A DNA stretch of 64,000 nucleotides from Chlorokybus atmophyticus. Lineage: Eukaryota; Plantae; Mesostigma and Chlorokybus algae. Numbering within the stretch: the stretch's first letter is position 1; each line of letters opens with the position of its first letter. Made by a program: the position numbers and the translations under genes. The notes under the pieces are model-generated. The model was not told the DNA's origin and searched no databases. It was given only the letters and a program-made list of their open reading frames with translations. The stretch spans positions 124,001 through 188,000 of the forward strand of contig RHPI01003389.1 of the NCBI GenBank assembly GCA_009103225.1, in the 5' to 3' direction. Positions 40,671 to 53,786 of the stretch are shown here, in pieces.

Positions 40671-42490
40671 CATGCATGTATCCAATGAGCTGTGTGCAGC
40701 ATGGAGGTGCGTGACAATGACTGCATGTGATGCATGGCGTTGAAATGCATGCCTACGACATCGTCGCGCTTATCCTGTATACTAGAATTGTGGTAGAGAT
40801 TTGAACTTTTCTACCTTGAACAATTTCGTGTCATTACCTCACATGCACTGTGTACATGTCCTTAATCAAACATGCATGCAGATGTAAGCAACTTCATCCT
40901 AAGTAATTGATTAATTAAACTACACAAGCGCCATTTACACGTGCAACCATATGCAAATTGTGTCAAAATAATCATAAATGCTACTAATGTCACCCACTTA
41001 ACATGCTAGGGTCAACAGTGCCATGGCACAAGAAGACATCCTTGCTTCACCACATGTGTAGACATATGCTTGTCATCAAGTGCAGCGCTTTCGAACTTGT
41101 TGGCTCTCCTGAAAATAAGACATTTCAATGTATATGAAAGTTACATTGTACCCATCATACAGAAGGATGATTGCTTGCATTAAGGTCCTTGCACGCAACT
41201 TACATGTGACTTATCATGTATCACCGCATGCATATGAGGAAGAACTTTACAACTAATCATGTGCAGCAAGTTTTACCATTAACCACGCGAAAAGCATCCA
41301 ATCCCAGTAACCGATCCACAACGCATGTCTATTTAAAGTGTTCTACCTTTAACACGAGGAGAGGGTGCGCAAAGGGAAAAGATGGAGGCGGGGNTGCCAA
41401 TCAAGCAAATACTAACCCAATGTCGGGGGCGGGGGCGGAGTAATTATGCTATATATGATGTGAATATTTTGTCATTGCTTTGTATGGGGATATTACTCAA
41501 TATCGCATGACATGTAATATAATGTAAAGCAATGAGTGATATAAGCTGATCTACTCAGTGCAGTCAGTATCACGAGCGCTCAGCGTTACGTGGATGGATT
41601 GGGGCTGAACCACATTGGATAATTGAAACCTTGCATACATCAATGCATAATGTATGCCACATGATTACAATTTATGCAAAAAGATTATACGGGCTCATAA
41701 AGCCATTAAAAAGCAAAGCAAAAATTGCTGACAAAACCAACCAGTAGAATACATTATATATATGATGTTGAAATTACATCACATTGAATTGTGTGTCGCA
41801 CGTATTATAAATTAACACAAATACAAATTAATACAATTACATTTGAAAGCGGTGAAAGAAGGTCATGTGCACTACGTGCAATGCGAATGCCAGAAAAAGT
41901 GTGAACTTACGGAAGAAATAAATAATTATTGCCAACCAATTATGGCCTCCACGATAATGTTACCATTTAGCACCGTAGCAGTGAACCATTAGTAGCATGT
42001 ACAGTACATGTGGATATCTGCACCATTACTGATCACATGTTTTTGAAAGGCTTGTTTATGATCTGCAGATGCATGCAACAACACATGCTGACATCACATC
42101 AGATTGTTGTTCTATGAAATGTTGATATATACTCAAGATGCTCAAGTAATGCAGCCGGCAGCTGGCAGCTGTGTAATATGCTAGGGTGTTACCACTCAAG
42201 CAACATCACAAACGTAATGATGAGTGTGTAAATGAGTATGACATGTGTATATTAGCACGTATTAATGATGTTGCAAGGTTGCTAAGATGTGGTATGCTTA
42301 ATATACCATATGTTACGTCATGTTTAACCATCACATCATGATGCGCTGCTGTTTGAAATCATGAATGACTTTAATGTTGCATGGGTGCTGCACTATATTT
42401 CAAACAAGTTCAACACCAAGCTTCCATCAAGTTACCTTTTAAATTTTTCTCTGACCATAAGGCTCAAGCATGGATCAATACCACCGTGGT

Positions 42491-43160
42491 TGTGACGGTG
42501 CTCGTGCCTTGTCACCTGTGAGTTGGTCCAATCAACAACCCTCTCACCAAGACACGGTATTCACACCGGAACCTTGCCCCCTCTGCCAAGCACACACGCG
42601 CGCCCCGCCACTCGCGTACGCACGCGCATGCGCTCGAAGCTACACACCGACTTGTGTAGCGCCTTGGATCGTCACACAAGCAAGCACACACTAGTGGCCA
42701 CACGCTAGCAACCCCTGCTAACCACCACCAAGCTTGCACACAAGAATCTAGGGAGCTAAAGTTGTATTGCAAATTGTAAGATGTCACTTTTATACCTACC
42801 AGTCTGCACATGCTACTGTCTAGACGATTCTAGCGCTAGACGGAACTAGGAGCTAAGATATTCTTGCAGAATCTTGTAGTACACTTCTAGACCTTTCCAA
42901 CGCACCAAAGATCTCCTGATTTGCTGCATATGGTCAAGTTATACTACTTGGCGCCAGGCCCTTCCAGAAATCTGGTCGAGCCCTTCTCGACTGGCCCTCC
43001 GTTTTCTGGCACCTTCCGGACTGGTCTTGGGGCCCCGGTGGATATCCGTGGCAGACTCATAACTCGCCGATATCCGCCACAAGTCATAAGAAAACATGTA
43101 CCTTACAAATAAGGCCTAAAATGGCCATGAAAATCACAAGATTTGGCCTTGATTGTTACA
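42491..43160. mobile_element. Solo LTR, 670 bp
   Basis: TGTGAC...GTTACA termini flanked by a perfect 5-bp duplication GTGGT (42486-42490 and 43161-43165); no similarity seen to the LTRs at 52.4 and 59.0 kb. Confidence 0.8.
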
Positions 43161-44288
43161 GTGGTAGGTGACCTTACAATCCTATGGCCCTATTGTCAGT
43201 AGTATAAACCGGAGATACACAGCAATCATATAGTGCACTCATGATTATCATTACTACATCGACAATCAAATAGTTGTAAAGGTGGAAAGGTTGACATTAT
43301 CGAAAGCCCGAGTCTGACATATTATTTACCATTGTTTTTGTTATAGCAAACCGATTATATCAGCTACGAATAACTTATACAGAATTAAGTGTTTTAAAGG
43401 TTGAGAGACTTCAATAATGAATGACTTGTAACTTGAAATTTTGAAGTAATTGTACGTCGCGGTGAGAAAGCAATTGGCGAACTATATTTGGAAAAAAGGA
43501 TGCAAGAGCTTGCAATTCGGAGTGAGAGCATTGTTGTATGCAGAATGCCTTGTATTGCCTATTCCTTTCCAAGATCATAGCGTATGATACAGTATCCAAG
43601 CGCTATCCCCTTTCACGATCACACGATGCCGCTTTAATAGTGCGGCACTTCTTGATGCTTGTAACAATGACTTTTCAGTCATATCGCATACACCTGCCAC
43701 ACCATAATATATTGACATAACTTGAAGTAATGAATTCGCCTTCAGCTCGAAGTTACTTCATAAGCTGAAATGGGGAAAAACCCGTTGATAACATACGGAT
43801 TGCAAGACAAGTACCATTGCTATTACGAGGTGATACTATGCTGCCATTGTGCTGCGCCAAAACAGAGTCAACAAAAAACTGTGTTGCATAGCAGACATAG
43901 GAGTTGCAAACAAGCAGCTCAAGCGTAAAGGCCCAACGCCAAGCAAGAACACGGTAGAATGCCACATCTTAATGGGGACTAAGGTAGAGTTGTAGGTGAC
44001 GTTACGCTAAGTAGGACAGGACAGCACAAAGGCCATGACCCTCACAACCAAGCAGCACGGGGGTGGGGCGAAGGGAGATATCGTGAAAGAACCACCTGCT
44101 GAGCGTAAGGGGCGAGGGTGTAGAGGTCATGTTCATGCAAGCTCTATCAAAGTGACATAGGCAGACAATCACAAAGACATACAATGAAACTGAGTTGGGT
44201 TCAAGGCAGAGCTAAGCACGAAGCAATTATGACAACCAAAACAATACGAACCACATACATAAGATTTCTCAACTAGCAGCATGGAGGG

Positions 44289-44615
44289 NNNNNNNNNNNN
44301 NNNNNNNNNNNNNNNNNNNNNNNNNNNNNNNNNNNNNNNNNNNNNNNNNNNNNNNNNNNNNNNNNNNNNNNNNNNNNNNNNNNNNNNNNNNNNNNNNNNN
44401 NNNNNNNNNNNNNNNNNNNNNNNNNNNNNNNNNNNNNNNNNNNNNNNNNNNNNNNNNNNNNNNNNNNNNNNNNNNNNNNNNNNNNNNNNNNNNNNNNNNN
44501 NNNNNNNNNNNNNNNNNNNNNNNNNNNNNNNNNNNNNNNNNNNNNNNNNNNNNNNNNNNNNNNNNNNNNNNNNNNNNNNNNNNNNNNNNNNNNNNNNNNN
44601 NNNNNNNNNNNNNNN
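44289..44615. other. Assembly gap (N run)
   Basis: Run of N. Confidence 1.
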
Positions 44616-45134
44616 GGCACTTGCTGCACAAGTAAGCAACGTGCTTGCCATGGGCAAGACGCTCCGCACACCTACTATTTATGTGCGAGGAAACCACACC
44701 ACGTACATCCTATCATACTTGGAACATCCCATACTTCATAAACGCAGATGTACATTGACATTCCACCCCCCCAGCCCAACGTAGCATATTGTTACAGCAT
44801 TGGCTTGTACGTGTTTGCTCCCAATGTTTATGAAGTGCCGAGTCAGTGTTGTGTGTACACAAGATGCAACGGGGACGTTATGCATGCAAGGCATGTATTT
44901 ACAAATCTGAGGCCCCTCTACTTGAGCCTATCCCCTAGGTCATAGCTGCCTGCATGACGTGTGCATGCAATTGTGGTTTGCATTGTGTGCGCGTACATGC
45001 GGTGTGCTGATTTCATGTACAGTATATGTGATATGTGACTGCCCATGCAAGTGTCCGTGCATACAAGCATGGTGTCATACATGCACACACCATGCCAAGC
45101 TCGGTTCTCACCTACCAACTCATTATCAACACAA

Positions 45135-45245
45135 CATGTTCACCACCGGGCTGCCTATCTATGACACTAGTACTACCGCTGTGTGACATGTGAGTGCAGT
45201 GTGCTTGGCATGCACGTGATGCAGCTTGCATCTTTTGTACACCGA
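45135..45245. mobile_element. Short copy of the CACCACCGGG repeat family
   Basis: TGTTCACCACCGGGCTG...CATCTTTTGTACAC. Confidence 0.55.
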
Positions 45246-45842
45246 GACATGCTCATACAAAGTAAGGACAGCATTCTGGGCCAGGTAGGGTATCACTCAT
45301 GTATCATGCGTGGTGCACAGGCTTGGGCATGCAGTACCATAACAAGGCGGTAGTGACGCAAACAAAGCGTTCACAATCTACATAGCATAACCTAAAGCAT
45401 GGTCTTCTACATTAATGGCAATATGGTTGCACACCTGCAGGTGCAGCCGTAGCATCGCTGTAAGGTACTCAATTCTTCACTCTCCAAGCGCTCCCCCTTC
45501 AGTGTTGTACACTGCAGTGGAGTCCCTATAGCATACCCTCTGCTATGCTGCCACTACCTTATTGCCATTGCGCACATCTACTGTGCCCTTGGTACTGTTG
45601 ATAGCCTAGTGATTACGACAACGCTTTGTGGAGGCGTGCTCATGCTTGTCGCTACAGCTCTGCAATCAAGATGGATACATCCTTCCTGCCTTCTGCTTGT
45701 AGCTACGGCACCTTGCCAACGGAGCCAGCTCAACTGTCGAAGCAGAGCGTGAATATGTTGAATGGAACAGCCCAGCTGATGGCATACTTGCTGTTGCAGT
45801 GCAGGAGTTTTGCAAACGAGAGAAATTGCAGATGCACAGCGC

Positions 45843-48800
45843 TCAAGAACTTGGTGGCGGTATCTCAGCAGCAGTCTTCTTTGCCAGCTCTTGAGTCCAG
45901 TATTCACTGTTGCGCTTTGCGGCCTCGTAAATGTGCTGGTGTTGTTCAAATGCTGTCGCCCAAACCTGCCAGGCATTTGACCCAAAACCAGTTATGCACT
46001 TCACCTTGCAGCAGACTGGATTTGTAACGGCAAACACTGAGTGCATCCCTGTAAGCATTGGCTACCTGCAACAAAGGCAGCGCTATGAAGTTAAAAAAGC
46101 CAACTTGTGCCTTGGGTAGATTGTGCGAATGCCGGTCCATGAATGGCGAGATCTCCATGCCACTGGCACGCTCATCATCACCCTGTAGTTCTCAGCACCA
46201 TGAGTACATGGGTTTGATAGCATAACATCGCACCCTTGACAACCTGGACTCTGACGCATCAAGCTGCGCACCAAGTTCACAGAAATGCTCCCAAGTGTAT
46301 CGGTAAACACGACACTGACCTGTAAGTAAAACTCTTCTTCAATCGCCTTGACCCAGCGCAAGTGCAGTGATGGGGGTTTCGCTACATGGCTGCAACAGAC
46401 GAGCAGTTTTTGGGTTAGTATTTGCTTGATTGGCAGAGCCAGGTGCGGCACCACATTGGTACTCACCCAATGTCGGCACACTTGAGTGCCATCGAAAGAA
46501 GCAACGTCTGGTCTTCCAAGTTGCCCTTTTCAAAGGGCCGTGAACTACGCAGCCTAGTCTTGAACTTGTCCACGACTTCAAAGTGCCGCTTCAAGTCGGT
46601 GGCCAACACCATCTGAATGATAAGACCCCTAACCTGAACAACAACAGCACAATGAGTGTGTGTAGCTACATGTAACGGAACTAGTGTAGCAGGCAATGAA
46701 CACTGCTTGCACAAAGGCCATGACCGTTGCAGCTCCATGCAACAGCCGAGCAAACTTATAGTATCCACTATACCTGTTCTCGCGCCTTCTTTGGAAGATT
46801 TTCCATAAAGTCCATATCTGGCTGAAGCATCAACTGGAAAGACTCTGTACATAAAGCATTGTGAGTAAGACATGCCTGTGGGGCTCACCCTGCACTGTGA
46901 CTGCGACTGCGATAACAGTTGACATGATGATGATGGCACCCTACGCAAATTGCGACACTGTACCTGCAAGGTGATGATTTTCCAAGACACTTTGGTCATT
47001 GTAGCGAAGTGCCAGTTTGTCACCAGACTTGTTGAGGTAGTCATTGCTACGGCCTGGGTGCTTATAGTCATGCACCGCTGCAGCTATAAGAGCCGCCAGG
47101 TGGTGCAAGTCATCAGTATACTCCCGCAGTCCACCGAATGCCAGCATATGGAACATGTTGCTCATCTGTTAAAAACCCACCGCTCAGCATGCCACTAGCT
47201 CGGTTATGGTGCAATGCTATTAACATATGAACACAAGCAGTAGGCACATGCACTCACCACATCAGCAAGATGCGTGGCATTATGGTAGGGGTTCTTGGGC
47301 ATGCCCTGCTCCACAGCATGGAAAAAGTTTAACAGCTTCTGCTCATTCAGGCTCATGCGACTAATCAACCCATGCCGATCCATCAGCATCATGCCCATCT
47401 GCCAAAGGGCACAGCAGCTGTAAGCTTTCACGCCTTATGCCAAGGTGAGTTGTTAAAAGAGTACCGCAACACTTATGCACACGCCATACATGCGTACACC
47501 GCCAACATGTGAAGCAACAATTCGCGCAACTAGCTATGCAACAGCGGGTACCTCACCAACTTTGCATGCCTGTTGCAGTACCAAACACTGATGGTGGCCA
47601 TGGTGTACTCATCACTGATACTTACTGTCTCAACTGCCGCAGTACTTCTGTTGCACGTACCGTTGATAGTGGTTTGCCGTTGGTCAATGCTGCCAACTGG
47701 AACACCTCAAAATCCCACAGACCAGCAGACACAAGCAGAGAAGCTATAGCAGGTGACATGCGTCTGGTAGTGTTCCGGCCATCCACTATGTCGCCGACCA
47801 CCTCACTACACCAACAAAAGTAAGCGTCCAATCAAAAAAACACCATGCCATCACAACCAGTCAAACGACTGTGTATCGACTGTTTCAAGGCTTGCACACC
47901 TCGGGCGAGCTACGCGGCGTGGAGGGACTGCATGAGCAAGATCACAGGTGCTTCGTCGCGCTTCGGTGGACTTTTTGGGCTGCAACTGGCCACAACAAAA
48001 CCATAAACGACAAGACACTGCACAGGCAAGATGCCGCGCACTGCTCGTAAACTCACCCTCTCGTTGCCAAACCGCAAGAACTCAGACATCAGCCAACTCT
48101 GTGTTTCTGAATCAATATTGCTTTTGCTGAGGAAGCTTTCAAATTGTGGTTGAAATAAATCGCACTCCAGCAGCTGCTTCATTTGTAGCATGTGTTTCAT
48201 CTGTGCATCACCAAAATTGAGTACATTGACATACAGGTACTCAAGTATCAAGTCATGCAAATACCAACTGGTCATACAAACACCTTCGGAGGCTTTCCCT
48301 CCTTAACAATGCGATCAACAATCTCCACCAGTTCCTCAAATGGCGTTCGTAGCTCTTCTAAGGCCTGAAACAGGTTGAGCGGACGGTTACGAAAGTAGAA
48401 TAAAAACCTGGTTAAATGCCACAAATGCCAAGGGCCTCACTTTACCGAATACCCGAGCATCTACCTCATGCTTCAACTGGGGGCCGGAGACAGAGCCATC
48501 ATCACTCCACAGAGGTGACTGTTGCAACAACTCAGGGGATTTAGATTTATAGAAGCAATGACAGTATCATGCTGTGCAGCAGCAGTGAACTTTAAGCGCA
48601 CATACCAAAGGGTCCGAATCAATTTCACTGAGTGACTTCCGTTTTCGCCTCAAGCAAGTTTGCCAGTTGTAGTACCCGCAACTTACCACGCAGAGGCACA
48701 CGCATGTCAATTGCTTCAGTGCGGAGGTTTGTGCCTGCGTGACAACAGGAAAAAGTTCCGTGGCCGAGCTTTCATCAGGCTCTATGGGGATGCAGGCAGC

Positions 48801-49883
48801 TACAGACATGACAGGCAATGAACCATGCCAGAATGTATGTCACAAAGAAATGCAACACTTACAATGCTGCATGTGCTAGACGGACAGACAGTCTGCACAA
48901 TGGTGTACGCCAGTGTCAATAAGCCCAAAGTGAAAGAGTGCAGCGCCTGCAAGTCCACAGAACTTGTTAGAATTGCAATCAGGAAGCTCAGGTCCTACAG
49001 CTGCAACACGGCCTGCTTCGCAATGGCCCGTTCTTGCCAGTGTCAGTTGCGTACCTGCATTTGTGGCAGTAGGCAGTGCATAATGTGTACAAAACTTAAG
49101 TTCGCGAGCGTTAAGTAAGTCAAACCCAATCTGGAGGCTTGGCTGGAAAATTGTCCCGTCCATCCGCGTGCAAGAGCAGCAGCCAGCCACAACAACACCA
49201 TCACCCAGCGTTCTCGGACCTTCAGGCCAACATGCCAAGGTGTGTGACTAAAATTGCGCAGCACGCAACAATGAGGGATGTCCATAGCTGCTGCTACCAT
49301 GAGCTAGTCAAGTACCTGGGCCGGCAATCGCCAAAGAATTATGCAGCTGCTAACGCCAAGACCACACGCCAAACCAACAGCCAGCGTGCTGCAGCTGCTG
49401 TCTTGCCGTGCTACCAACAGTGAATCGCCGCAGACAATCCATGATGCAACCATCAAAGGCAGAACAGCGGCCTCTGTAGAACGTGTCTGCTGCAGATATG
49501 TGCAATAGCACAATCAGCAAACAACAACTTCGAGCCGATCGCAAAGTCATAGTAGCACCAAAGTGCTTGTGTGTGCAGCTCAGAACTGCGCCAATCACCA
49601 ATCAGAATTAGTCTTTCCACATTGTACACACCTGCGCAGTTGTTGCTGGGCGGGTGGCAACAGTTGGAGGGGAGGGCAGCTGCGGAGGACTGTTCAACCT
49701 TGTTGGACTGGTGGGCATGCTTCTGTGATGTAACGGAGGAGTGGAGGAGTTTTTCAAGGGGTACATTGTTGAGAAGGGCCCAGTGACAACGGAGCCAGCA
49801 AAATCGCCGGTCATCGACCGTTTCAGCCGAGAAGTCAACTGCGCGGCCTTTGCTGCCTCATCACCAACCCTAGCAGCTCCCAT
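45843..49883 (-). CDS. Class I 3',5'-cyclic nucleotide phosphodiesterase with hydrophobic N-terminal segments (5' end uncertain)
   Basis: PYHNATHLADV, HDYKHPGRSN, SVLENHH, MVLATDLKRH, ALKCADIG, EEFYLQGDDE, ISPFMDR and QVGFFNFI; stop TGA at 45843; upstream exons carry hydrophobic stretches. Confidence 0.9.
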
Positions 49884-52413
49884 TGTTTCCTGCTCTTTAT
49901 GGCTGGGCAGCAAGAAAGCAGCACACGCAGACGTTTGCCACAAGCAACAGTCATTGGCGAAGCCAAAGAGCAAGCTAGACGACGTCGGCTAAGCTTGCTC
50001 TTTTCAATCAGCCAATCAAAACCGTAGTCAGCAGCACAGCACAGGGCAGGGCAGAGAGCTGTCAGTCACCTGGCCAAAGAGGCAGTCGGCGCCATCGCTA
50101 CCTCGCTCGCCAACTATTGCAGGATGCGCTCCACAACAGGGCCATGCCTGGCCTGCTGCCCAGCAACAAGCACTACTCTCCTCCCAACAATCGTCCCCTC
50201 CTCGTCGCTGTGGTCCACCACCACCGCCACCTTCGCCGTCACCGCGGGCCCGGCTGCTACCGCCGCTTGCCTCTGCCAAAAGGTGGGAAAATAAAATGCA
50301 GCAAAAAGGACTGTGGCAGAAATAAGAGGTCGCCTGCGCCTCATGCACGGACCATTAACGGGACGGTGAAGCAGCGTTGTTGATGAAAAGCCCATGCAGC
50401 CAATGCTCTGCATTGGAGTGACAACGAATTGGTTCACATGGCGTACATGATTGGGACATCACAACGGCTTGCTGACTCCGCCGCTCTCAAATGATTGTGA
50501 CATGCACATGTGCTAAGTATGCGCTAAGTATGCATATGTGCTTAAGTACCGTACGGGGTGACGGCCAGCGGAGCGTACGGGGGGTCGTTGACCAGACTGT
50601 ACGCCCCAGAAGCGCGGGCAGGCCGTTTGCGGGTACAACGGCAGGCCGGATCAATGCACCCAGGTTGTACCCAATGACTCATTGACTGTCAGGCATGTCG
50701 TTGACAACTTGTTGGATGGCATCCTTCATTACGTTCATTGATGGGCAGAATACTGGGTAGTAGGCACATCTCATTGCTAATAGGATTTGTCGAAGGGTTT
50801 TATCAATTGCTAGCGAGGTGCGGCAGAATGGTTTTCGCGCTCGCAACGACAATCAATCAGGCATCATTGAGGCGCTCGCTGTACCAAATTTTTGTCAGAA
50901 GCTTGACTGTCGCGATCTGAGACTCTCAGCCGAGCGTCGCCGTCCAGCGTCTTGCGTGGGTCCGACGCGGACCGTTAGAATGACATAATGTGCGATCCGT
51001 TTGATGAGGAGACAGCAATGTATCAATGCACCAAACAGTGTACAACACCCGTGTAACACGGGCCCGTGTACCGATCGCTTGGTAAGCTCGTTTGATTGCG
51101 ATTGCCGGGATGGCAATGTCTTAATCTCATTTACTTCTCATCCTTTATCTCATCCTTTAATTATATGCAGCACAACATCGTGTGCACATCGGCCATCAAC
51201 TATGCGAATTTTCACATCATGTACAAGGTTCAGTAAGAGTTACTGATGTTAAACTCGCATGATAATTCGCAATACACGGACAACGAATGAAAGCACATAT
51301 GACAGACAATGGTATGGTTATGGCGCACACACACATAGACTGCACACGAAGGCAATTGAGCGTTTGTATGCTTGTAGTCTCTCCACAAACGCCAGCTCAA
51401 CCAAGTTTAGTGAGGTTGACAATGCATGTGTGTTGTGAACACAAACCTACTCATCTACACACACATGCACTGCCATCGCATGCTGCACATGCTCATGCAC
51501 ATCATCGTGTTGTTATATGCAGGAGGTGACAATTACATTAATCACATGCTACTAACTTGTTAGTGTGCAATGTTTGTATGTATGCAATGCATGATTGTGT
51601 GGTGCAGACCAAGTTGTTGAGCGCGTTTGCTTACATACTTATGTGCAGCAATTATGTGAAAAGGGTGAGGAGTGGAAGCACGTGTTAATGTTAAACACCA
51701 ACAACAAGAAATCACCAGTACAATGCATGCACTGCGACAAGACTTTAAAAAAGGGGTTAATCGAATCCAAGCCCACTTGCTTGGGGACAAGCCCACGGTT
51801 GGCGTGATTCTTTGCAACGCATGCACGCGTTGCATATGCCCTACCAGGCTCTTGCAGTCATAATAAGTATAGAAAACGTGGCTGTGCAGACCATTGCAAA
51901 GCGGCGCAAGTCGAATCAGCTGGATCTTTTCCTCGCAAGGAGATTGGTGATGTTGTAGAGTCAACTTAAAGTATGTGTTGCATTCAATTAAGTTTCAAGG
52001 CTTGCCATGCATGCTCACCATGCAAAGCCACAACTAGGTGCAACGTTAAGTGCTTTTGTCAGGACCCAAAATACCCTCCCACAAGGCTTCAATTGAACCA
52101 ACATAAACGGAAGTTGACCGAGCTATTGCTATTTTCTTCTAAGCTTGTGGGATATCCTTCAACGTTTCTAGGACACCTTTCTATAAGGAGGCAGTTGCTG
52201 CAACATATATCCGGAGCTGGTTACACCCCTCCTAGCTATAACACCTTGTGCACCACATTGCTTGAAGAAGAACGCAAAGACTTGGAATAACAAGTAAGTG
52301 TACAACCTTACACATCAGCCAACCATCAATTAAACTATAGCGTCACATGTCGAGGCTTAGCTTGGTGTAAGACAAGTGGTATCTACAGGTGCAGTCGACG
52401 ATACTAGACACCA

Positions 52414-52739
52414 TGTAACGGTGTGCTACCTTCATAGAGGTTCCCCGCCCTTATTTAGGATTAAATAAGGGTCCCATTGGGATTATACAGCCTATTAAGC
52501 TGTTAACCTATGTTAAGGCATTAATGTAGTGTTACTTATCTGTAACACTGATATCGACGATCGACATGAGTCTCATGTTGATATCAGCCGCATGGCGGCG
52601 CTGCTAACGCAGCGGCCGCCATAGCCAGGGGATCCTCTGCTCTGGCAGCTGCCCCTGGCGGCGGCGGGGTGGGCGGCGTGGCTGGTGGTGGTGGTGGGGT
52701 AGGGGATTAAAGGGGGCGGTAGCACCCCCTCTTCTTACA
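52414..52739 (+). repeat. 5' LTR
   Basis: TGTAACGG...CTTCTTACA; low-90s % identical to the 3' LTR by eye, plus one short indel. Confidence 0.95.
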
Positions 52740-52740
52740 T

Positions 52741-52752
52741 TGGTATCGGAGC
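52741..52752 (+). promoter_or_regulatory. Primer-binding site, tRNA-iMet type
   Basis: TGGTATCGGAGC, one mismatch from the canonical TGGTATCAGAGC. Confidence 0.85.
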
Positions 52753-53786
52753 AAGGGCGGCGAGGGCCTGTGGGAGGGGCGGCAGCAGCGGCAGGCGGCG
52801 GGCTTAGGCGGCAGCGACTGCAGCGGCGGCGACGGCGGCATTAGCAGCCGCTACTCACTAGGGTGGGTAGTGGTGGTTGTTAGATGTTGTTGCTGTTGTA
52901 GTTGTAGTAGTTAAACGCTGCTGCTGGTGTAGTTAGCTTGCATGCTTGCCTGCTAGCCTAGCGCAGCCTAGCTGCCTTAGCCTAGCCTAGCCAAGCTTGC
53001 TGTTGGGGAAGGCGGCCACTCAGACAGCCTATCCCCCAAGCATTGCATGCCCAGCACATCAATTGTAATCACATTATTGTGATAACATTACTGTGCTTGT
53101 GCTTGTGTGCTTGCCACCACGTGGATTCGTGGTGGTGTGAAGGGTGTGACATTGTATTCACAAAACCAACCCTTGTGAGGCAGCTCGGTGGCAACATCGG
53201 CTGCCGTTACCGCCAGTCAGTGCGGTGAGGCCGCCAAAGTCACTCTGTGCGGCCAATATCAAACTCACAACTCACAACTTGCTGATATCAGCCTGTAGGG
53301 TTGATTCAACGAGATTTTGGCACCCTGTGTGTCAATTACAATTATGGGTTGAGCTAAGTTGTACAAAGTGAAAACTTTGACAAGTTGTAACTTGTGAATC
53401 GCTGCGTGGATTTGTGTGCGATTTGTTTTAGAGTGAATGTATAGTTAAAAGGTGTGTGGAGAGCTATTATTTGAGCTGAATTTCACGTCAAGCATTTGAA
53501 ACTGAACGAGACAAAATTTAGAGATTTTAACACTTTTGCAGTGCACAACTTGTGTGTTTTGTGCACTTGCACACTTTCACTAATGACGGCTTGTATTCTT
53601 GGGCAGATGTCTTACCAAGGAGGGGATGATGCGGAGAAGTCCACATCGTATGAGCCATCGAGTGAAGAGGAAGTGAACTACTCTGACACGAGTGAAATCT
53701 ATACGCTTACTATCAGTGACAAGGAAGAAGACAAGGAAGACAGCGCTGCTTCTCCGGACTAGTCTTCTTAGAGTGCACCAGTTGCA

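Noticed and set aside
43470-43500. HSELQAL as a zinc-deaminase HxE motif
   Set aside because: No downstream PCxxC found; too short to support
49741-49992. Plus-strand ORF EEFFKGYIVEKGP...
   Set aside because: Antisense to a better-supported minus-strand exon with an ATG and a GT donor
51030-51075. Palindromes (CCCGTGTAACACGGG, ACACGGGCCCGTGT) as the hAT left terminus
   Set aside because: No matching right terminus or 8-bp duplication found
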